The notes under the pieces were generated by a model. The model did not search any database and was not told the origin of the DNA. It saw nothing but the letters and a program-made list of their open reading frames with translations. From positions 450,001-482,000 of the forward strand of contig CP012986.1 of the NCBI GenBank assembly GCA_001761425.1: 32,000 nt of DNA, given 5' to 3'. Source of the DNA: Candidatus Saccharimonadota bacterium. GTDB lineage: Archaea; Nanohalarchaeota; Nanosalinia; Nanosalinales; Nanosalinaceae. The translations under genes were made by a program, and so were the position numbers. Shown here in pieces: positions 26,651-32,000 of the stretch. Within the stretch, counting starts at the first letter, position 1. Each line of letters opens with the position of its first letter.

Positions 26651-27217
26651 TTATTCCCCCAGGCCCTGGAAGTTCTGGCTGTACCATGTGACTTCTTCTA
26701 TTTCATCTAGTCCGCAGGTACCGATGGTTTTGTCGCTTTCTCCGTTTGGTTGGTACCATTCTGCGATGCTGTTGTTTGCCTCTTCTTCAGACTGGCCTAC
26801 TTCTGAGGAAGTGTAATAGTTTTTCATTACTTCTTTGCATCTTTCTGCGTTTAGCTGTTCCTGTCCGATTTCGCATGTGTGGACGTTGAAGCATTTTACA
26901 CCGTCTTCGCAGTAAGAATTGTATAGTCTTCCGGCGGTTTCCGATAGTGTGCCGTCTCCGTCTGCGTCATAATTGAACGTGGAAGTACAGTAGTCTATTG
27001 CTGCTGTCTGACCTCTCACGCCCTGAGCCGACTTGTACTCAGAACACTTAGACTGACAGGTACGAGAAATCTCCTCCTGCTGCAAAGTATTCTCATACTG
27101 ATCACCAGGATTATCCTGGAACTGGTTTAGGAAGGTTGAGATTACGACGCCGGCCACGACAAGTAAAATTACAAGGCCTATTATCATTTCCAGCGACTTC
27201 TGTCCCTTCCTGAACAT
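26651..27217 (-). CDS. type IV pilin-like protein; first gene of the operon and a candidate major pilin
   Basis: N-terminus is MFRKG/QKSLEMIIGLVILLVVAGVVISTF (QxSxE pattern). It is Cys-rich with a YDADGDGTLSE motif. A TATA box lies upstream. Confidence 0.7.
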   Translation of the reverse strand: MFRKGQKSLEMIIGLVILLVVAGVVISTFLNQFQDNPGDQYENTLQQEEISRTCQSKCSEYKSAQGVRGQTAAIDYCTSTFNYDADGDGTLSETAGRLYNSYCEDGVKCFNVHTCEIGQEQLNAERCKEVMKNYYTSSEVGQSEEEANNSIAEWYQPNGESDKTIGTCGLDEIEEVTWYSQNFQGLGE

Positions 27218-27239
27218 AATTAACTAAACCGAAATCCTC

Positions 27240-27249
27240 TTTTTTATAT
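27240..27249 (-). promoter_or_regulatory. TATA box of the pilin-like operon
   Basis: The minus strand reads ATATAAAAAA, 23-32 nt upstream of the ATG at 27217. It lies in the 42-nt spacer after the gltX stop. Confidence 0.5.
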
Positions 27250-27259
27250 CCTAATTAAA

Positions 27260-28939
27260 TCACTCATGAGCAAAGTAGTAGAGGCCTTCTTCATCGCATT
27301 TCACGAAGCCAAATCTCTCGAACTGGACGACTTCACCTTCTTCGATCTCATTCGGCTCGATCACTCCTTCAATCGTATCGCCGTTAGGCATCCTGACAGA
27401 GGCCTTCTCCGCATATTCTGGGGTCCAGTGGATGAAGTCTGCATCTTTTTCAAGAGCGACTTTGTGATCGCCTTCAACGAATTCTGCTTCTTTTCCAGAG
27501 ATTTTGATGTTGCAGAGGCCTTTCAGACGGTAGAAGCCGTCTTCAAGATCTTCGCTGTCGATAAAGATTTCAAGCTCTCCATCTTTGATTTCCAGATCCG
27601 GTGAGCGGATACCTCTTTCTGGATGTTCTGGGTGAAACCTCATTTCTGGTTCAAGGTTTTCTGGAAGGCCTTTGACTGTAAGTTTTTCTGGTTCTGCGAC
27701 GAAGAAGTATCTGTCTGCGTCCTCGTCGATCACACGGGTGTTTTCCTTTTCCAGTGTTTCCACAGAGGCCTCGATATCTTTCTCTGAGACTCCCATCTCG
27801 GTGTAGAAGTTTTTCAATGCTTCAGGCTGGAAACCTCTTTTCTTTAACGCTTTCAATGTTGGAGCTTGTGGATCATCCCAGCCGTCTAGCTCGCCGTCTT
27901 CAATCATTTCGGAGAGCTTGGAGCCGGAGACAGGGGCGTTGAAACCTGAGATTTTGACGTTGCCCCAGTGACGGACCTCAGGATACTCCCAGCCCAGGTA
28001 CCTGTAAACGTATTCCTGACGCTTCTTCGAGGCCCTAAGATCCTTTCCACGGAAAATATGGGTTGTTCCCATCATGTGGTCCTCGACAGCTCCCTGAAAA
28101 TCAAGCATAGGCCAGACACGGTATTTGCCCCCGGTGATCGGGTGATCAGGGTCATCGATAATCCTGAAGGCCACGAAATCTCTCACAGCAGGGTTCTTGT
28201 GCTGCATATCCGTCTTGACCTTCAGAGTTGCTTCTCCTTCCGAGATACCGCCGTTTTTCATCTTCTTCCAGAGTTCCATGTTTTTTTCAACACTCTGGCC
28301 TCTATGTGGACAGAATTCTCCTTCTTTTCTGTATTCCTGACCTTCCTCCTGCGAACACTTACATACATAGGCCTTCTCCATTTCAATTAATTCTTCAGCG
28401 ACTCTGATGTATTCGTCAAAGTTTTTTGAGGAGTAACGGATTTCATCGATTTCATAGCCCAGCCATTCGTAATCTTCTTTCAGCATCTCGTATGCATCGT
28501 ATTCTTCGGTTTTCAGAGGCCTTTTTGTGACAGGATCGGTGTCATCGTAGCGTAGAATCAGTTTTCCGTTGTATTTCTGCTTTAGTTCTCCGTTGATGAC
28601 CATTCCTCTGGCGTGTCCGACGTGTGGAGGCCCGTTCGGATTTGGGGCAAACCTGAGAACTACTTCCTCGTCTTCATTGACATCCAGGTCTGGAATCGGA
28701 TCATGTTTTTCTTCCTGCTGTTCCTCGAACTCGTATTCTTCAAGTTCTTCCTCCTGCTTTTCCTGAGATAGCCCGTTGACCTCTTCACATACTTCCTGCG
28801 CCTTTTTCTGTACTTCGCCTTTGTCTTCAAATTCCTCTTCTGCGAATATCTTTCCGATTACTGCTCCAGGGTTGCATTCTCCGCCGTGTTCCACAGCGTT
28901 GTTCAAAGCGTATTTACGGGCTATCTCCTCAATTTCCAT
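27260..28939 (-). CDS. gltX: glutamyl-tRNA synthetase (archaeal type)
   Basis: RFAPNPNGPPHVGHARG (HIGH motif), LRYDDTDP and a class I GluRS/GlnRS catalytic core. Has an acidic N-terminal extension. Confidence 0.85.
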   Translation of the reverse strand: MEIEEIARKYALNNAVEHGGECNPGAVIGKIFAEEEFEDKGEVQKKAQEVCEEVNGLSQEKQEEELEEYEFEEQQEEKHDPIPDLDVNEDEEVVLRFAPNPNGPPHVGHARGMVINGELKQKYNGKLILRYDDTDPVTKRPLKTEEYDAYEMLKEDYEWLGYEIDEIRYSSKNFDEYIRVAEELIEMEKAYVCKCSQEEGQEYRKEGEFCPHRGQSVEKNMELWKKMKNGGISEGEATLKVKTDMQHKNPAVRDFVAFRIIDDPDHPITGGKYRVWPMLDFQGAVEDHMMGTTHIFRGKDLRASKKRQEYVYRYLGWEYPEVRHWGNVKISGFNAPVSGSKLSEMIEDGELDGWDDPQAPTLKALKKRGFQPEALKNFYTEMGVSEKDIEASVETLEKENTRVIDEDADRYFFVAEPEKLTVKGLPENLEPEMRFHPEHPERGIRSPDLEIKDGELEIFIDSEDLEDGFYRLKGLCNIKISGKEAEFVEGDHKVALEKDADFIHWTPEYAEKASVRMPNGDTIEGVIEPNEIEEGEVVQFERFGFVKCDEEGLYYFAHE

Positions 28940-29011
28940 AACAGGCCTTGCGGAAGAAATTTCTATAAAATGAATGCCTCTATTCTTCCTTCATGTTGGG
29001 GTTAATTCTGG

Positions 29012-29194
29012 TTATTGCTGGAGCATTGACGCTGTCAGAAGAATCAGCAGGAAGGTGAGGAGGACTAGGCCAAATCCCGTTGCCATCTCTCTCCAGGTGA
29101 GGTGGACCAGAGCGTGATTCAGGTCATCATTCCCGCCGTGGAGGACTGGGGAAATCTGTAATAGGTAAATCATGTTTGAATCTTGATCTCTCAT
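29012..29194 (-). CDS. possible small His-containing membrane protein co-transcribed with the PadR regulator
   Basis: The ATG lies 4 nt after the padR-like stop. Has a C-terminal TM segment GFGLVLLTFLLILLTASML and an HGGNDDLNHALVH segment. No homology recognised. Confidence 0.3.
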   Translation of the reverse strand: MRDQDSNMIYLLQISPVLHGGNDDLNHALVHLTWREMATGFGLVLLTFLLILLTASMLQQ

Positions 29195-29197
29195 AAG

Positions 29198-29584
29198 TTA
29201 ATTTGAGGCACAGTGCTCACAGCAGTAGATTTCTCCTTTTTCCTCGTAACCGCCAGAAAAGATCTCACAGCCGCAGTTCTCACACTCTTCTATTTTTTCA
29301 AGGACTGAGGCCTCTATTATCTCTCCGAATGATTTTGTTTTTTCCTCGGCAAAACTTTCTCCTTCCTCTGTCAGCCTGTAGACCTTTCTCCTTCCATCTT
29401 TTCTCTCGTCTAAGAGGCCTTTATCCACGAGTTTTGACAGGAAAGGATAGATATGAGAGCTTGAAGGCCTTTTACCGGTTATCTTCTCGATTCTGTCCAT
29501 TAACTCGTAGCCGTGCCTGTCTCCGCTCTTCAGCAAGAGTACTGTGTAGAGCCGGTTTACGTGAGATAGATCTATCTCAGTCAT
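29198..29584 (-). CDS. PadR-family winged-helix regulator with a C-terminal TRASH-like Cys-rich metal-binding domain
   Basis: [47 protein letters not shown] is a PadR wHTH. The tail [25 protein letters not shown] fits a CxxC...CxxC TRASH-type pattern. Confidence 0.7.
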   Translation of the reverse strand: MTEIDLSHVNRLYTVLLLKSGDRHGYELMDRIEKITGKRPSSSHIYPFLSKLVDKGLLDERKDGRRKVYRLTEEGESFAEEKTKSFGEIIEASVLEKIEECENCGCEIFSGGYEEKGEIYCCEHCASN

Positions 29585-29600
29585 GCCTTCAACTATGTCA

Positions 29601-29616
29601 TATATTGATATAAAGG
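29601..29616. promoter_or_regulatory. AT-rich near-palindrome; candidate bidirectional TATA/operator between the padR-like gene and copB
   Basis: TATATTGATATAAAGG contains the inverted halves TATAT/ATATA. Its centre is about 26 nt from the padR-like ATG (29584) and about 39 nt from the ATG at 29649. Confidence 0.35.
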
Positions 29617-29648
29617 TGGATGTCCATGGAGTTTTTGACAGATATTAT

Positions 29649-31691
29649 ATGAGTCGGGATGAAGAGAAGCAAAATTCGGGGAATGGGCACAGACACCATG
29701 AAGTGATGTTCAGGAAGAAGTTCTTTATCTCCACAGTGTTATCCATACCTGTCTTACTCTACTCCTCGTTTATACAAGGACTCCTCAACTTCTCCATGCC
29801 AACATTCACAGGAAGCTCACTTATCGTACCGGTCTTCTCAGTTATTGTTTTCGCATATGGAGGCCTTCCGTTCCTCAGAATGGGTAAGAACGAGTTAGAG
29901 GGTCGTGAACCAGGTATGATGGCGTTGATCTCGCTGGCGATTTTTGTCGCCTTCACTTATTCTATGGCATCGCTTTTCCTCTCTGGAACTTCCAGCTTTT
30001 TCTGGGAGCTAGTCACGTTGATTGATGTCATGCTTCTCGGTCACTGGATCGAGATGAGAAGTGTTAGAAAGGCCTCGGGCGCGCTGGAGGAACTGAAAAA
30101 GCTGATGCCAGATACTGCTGAGAGAATTACAGAAGGAGAGACTGAAGAGGTTAAAGTCTCAGAGCTGGAAGCCGCAGATTGCTCAAATAGAGAATCTGCT
30201 TGCAGCAGCAATCCAGAGGAATGCTGCGAAGGTGATAAAGTGCTTGTCAGGCCTGGAGATTCAATACCGGCGGACGGAGAAGTTTTTGAGGGAGAGTCTT
30301 CTGTCGATGAATCCATGATAACAGGTGAATCAAAACCCGTCGACAAGTCAGAGGGAGATGAGGTTATCGGAGGAACTGTCAACAAGGAAGGTTCTCTGAG
30401 GATCGAGATAACTGCTACAGGAGAGGAAACTGCTCTTTCCGGCATCATGAACCTGGTGGAGGAAGCTCAGGAATCAGAATCAAGGTCTCAGAAGCTCGCG
30501 GACAGGGCAGCAGGACACCTGTTCTACATCGCGCTCGGATCAGGCCTTGTAACAGGCATCGTTTGGACTCTGGCGGTTGGCTTCGGATTAACTGTCATTG
30601 AACGCGTTGTGACGGTTCTCGTAATCGCCTGTCCGCATGCTCTAGGCCTTGCTGTACCGTTGGTTGTTGCTATTAATACGTCGATGGCGGCAAAAAACGG
30701 TATCCTGGTGAGAGACAGGATTGCGATGGAGGAGGCGAGGAAACTGGATACAGTTATTTTTGATAAGACAGGCACTCTGACCGATGGAGAACAGTCTGTG
30801 GTTGATATGGAAGCTGAGAATCGGGATGAGGCCTTGAAGAAGATGGCAGCTGCTGAATCTGATTCCGAACATGTAATCGCACAGGCGATCAGGGAGAAAG
30901 CTCACGAGGAAGGCCTTGAAATTCCTGATTCCTCGAATTTTGACAGTATCTCCGGTAAAGGAGTTAGGGCAGAGGTTGAAGCCAGGGAGGTCTACGTTGG
31001 AGGCCCTAATATGCTGGAGCATCTTGGAGTCGAGAAAAAATTCGGAGACTTTGCTGATAAGTCCGGGGAGGAGGGCTATACAGTGGTCTACGTGGTTGAG
31101 GGTGACGAGGTTACGGCTGCTGTTGCTCTGGCTGATAAGATCCGTGATGAGAGCCGTGAAGCTGTTGAGGAACTTCAGGGTCGAGGCCTTGAGGTTGCGA
31201 TGCTGACTGGAGATTCTGAAGATGTTGCTGAGTCTGTCGCTGGGGAACTCGGTATTGATACCTGCTTCGCAGAAGTTTTACCGGAGGATAAGGATTCTAA
31301 GGTTCAGGAGATCCAGGATGAAGGTAAAGAGGTTGCGATGGTCGGTGACGGGGTTAACGATGCGCCAGCTCTTACAAGAGCGGACGTTGGAATCGCGATT
31401 GGTTCCGGTACTGATGTAGCGGTGGAGTCCGCGGATATCATCCTGGTGAGAAATGATCCTCTGGCGGTCGTTAGACTTCTCAACCTGTCTGATTTGAACT
31501 ACAGCAAGATGATTCAGAACCTGTTCTGGGCAACAGGGTATAATGCTCTTGCGATTCCGCTTGCAGCCGGTGTTGCAGCACCGATCGGTATCATGCTTTC
31601 GCCAGCGGTTGGAGCCGGTATAATGTCACTGTCGACTGTTATAGTTGCGATTAATGCCCAGTTGATGAGGAGAAAGAGTATCGAGGCCTAA
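29649..31691 (+). CDS. copB: heavy-metal (copper) P1B-type ATPase, CopB-like (CPH motif, His-rich N-terminus)
   Basis: TGES, CPH ([13 protein letters not shown]), DKTGTLT and GDGVNDAP motifs, plus N-terminal GNGHRHHE. In-frame ATGs at 29583 and 29595 also exist, but the first overlaps the divergent regulator start. Confidence 0.85.
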   Translation: MSRDEEKQNSGNGHRHHEVMFRKKFFISTVLSIPVLLYSSFIQGLLNFSMPTFTGSSLIVPVFSVIVFAYGGLPFLRMGKNELEGREPGMMALISLAIFVAFTYSMASLFLSGTSSFFWELVTLIDVMLLGHWIEMRSVRKASGALEELKKLMPDTAERITEGETEEVKVSELEAADCSNRESACSSNPEECCEGDKVLVRPGDSIPADGEVFEGESSVDESMITGESKPVDKSEGDEVIGGTVNKEGSLRIEITATGEETALSGIMNLVEEAQESESRSQKLADRAAGHLFYIALGSGLVTGIVWTLAVGFGLTVIERVVTVLVIACPHALGLAVPLVVAINTSMAAKNGILVRDRIAMEEARKLDTVIFDKTGTLTDGEQSVVDMEAENRDEALKKMAAAESDSEHVIAQAIREKAHEEGLEIPDSSNFDSISGKGVRAEVEAREVYVGGPNMLEHLGVEKKFGDFADKSGEEGYTVVYVVEGDEVTAAVALADKIRDESREAVEELQGRGLEVAMLTGDSEDVAESVAGELGIDTCFAEVLPEDKDSKVQEIQDEGKEVAMVGDGVNDAPALTRADVGIAIGSGTDVAVESADIILVRNDPLAVVRLLNLSDLNYSKMIQNLFWATGYNALAIPLAAGVAAPIGIMLSPAVGAGIMSLSTVIVAINAQLMRRKSIEA

Positions 31692-32000
31692 CTTCTGTAA
31701 CGGCAGTTTATCTCGTCTTTTCTGTTTTCTATGACTTCTTTCTTTTCCTCAGTGTCTTCGGGTATTATTCTTTCGCCGTATTCGCCTCCTCCGCCCGGTA
31801 TCATCACTATTTCATCGTTTCTGAACTTCCTGATAGATTCTGCCACTTCTCTATCAACCTGGGCCAGCTGCTGGATATCCTTCTCCACCAGTATATCTAT
31901 TTCAGCGCCGAACTCCTTGTTCAACGTCTCATACCTGTCCTGAACAGTCTTTGTCGTCGGAGAGGCGTGGCCTACCGTGTACTGGATAATTTTCGCTAGC
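31688..32000 (-). CDS. 3' end of a gene that continues past the window edge; function uncertain, possibly an EndoQ/COG1379 PHP-family C-terminus
   Basis: The frame is open from nt 31999 to the TAG at 31688-31690: ..[37 protein letters not shown]...[15 protein letters not shown]... The track's TTG start at 31924 is internal. The functional guess rests only on recall of a PG(Y/G)xGxYG-type C-terminal motif. Confidence 0.5.
   Translation of the reverse strand, partial: LAKIIQYTVGHASPTTKTVQDRYETLNKEFGAEIDILVEKDIQQLAQVDREVAESIRKFRNDEIVMIPGGGGEYGERIIPEDTEEKKEVIENRKDEINCRYRS

Noticed and set aside
17297-27217. The idea that the pilin-like operon is a recently acquired genomic island
   Set aside because: AGGCCT density (about 4.6 per kb by my count), the acidic amino-acid bias and the general composition look the same as in flanking housekeeping genes. 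There are no flanking tRNA, integrase or repeats.
29583-29648. Use of the ATG at 29583 (or 29595) as the copB start
   Set aside because: The ATG at 29583 overlaps the divergent padR-like start codon and leaves no promoter space. The AT-rich TATA-like element at 29601-29616 would then lie inside the coding region. This is retained as an alternative start only.
1-32000. Search for CRISPR arrays, tRNA/rRNA genes, IS elements, integrases and toxin-antitoxin pairs
   Set aside because: None was recognised by eye. The only repeats found are the PCNA-tail duplication, the ABC permease duplication and the dispersed AGGCCT hexamer.

Overview
Gene-dense archaeal chromosome segment of about 44 genes. 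Spacers are very short and several convergent or co-directional genes overlap. Strongly acidic proteins, archaeal information-processing genes and a single-chain fused primase suggest a halophilic DPANN/nanohaloarchaeon-type genome (inference). No rRNA, tRNA, CRISPR array or IS element was recognised.

Layout:
- 57-11207 (mostly minus strand): housekeeping genes rpoK, PAC2-like chaperone, nop10, aIF2-alpha, rps27e, rpl44e, pyrH, GINS-like, fused primase, msrB, PCNA, an OB-fold protein, TFS, signal peptidase, DUF99, rpoL and a METTL5-like methyltransferase.
- 11304-12938: XPB/Rad25 helicase.
- 12988-17294: an ABC-2 exporter with one ATPase and two tandem diverged permease pairs.
- 17297-27217 (minus strand): an 11-gene operon.
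- 27260-32000: gltX, a PadR-TRASH regulator divergent from a CopB-type P1B ATPase, and a 3' partial gene.

Two features stand out:
1. The palindromic hexamer AGGCCT occurs about 150 times by manual count, roughly one per 210 bp and about 25-fold above a naive composition expectation. It appears in all codon phases and in spacers, and it repeatedly abuts stop codons.
2. In the 11-gene operon, nine proteins start with an archaeal class III (type IV prepilin-like) signal peptide. These include an 836-aa double-vWA protein and a pilin-like protein fused to a metzincin (HExxHxxGxxH) protease domain. No assembly ATPase, platform protein or prepilin peptidase lies in the window. This is a candidate undescribed pilus or surface-attachment system.
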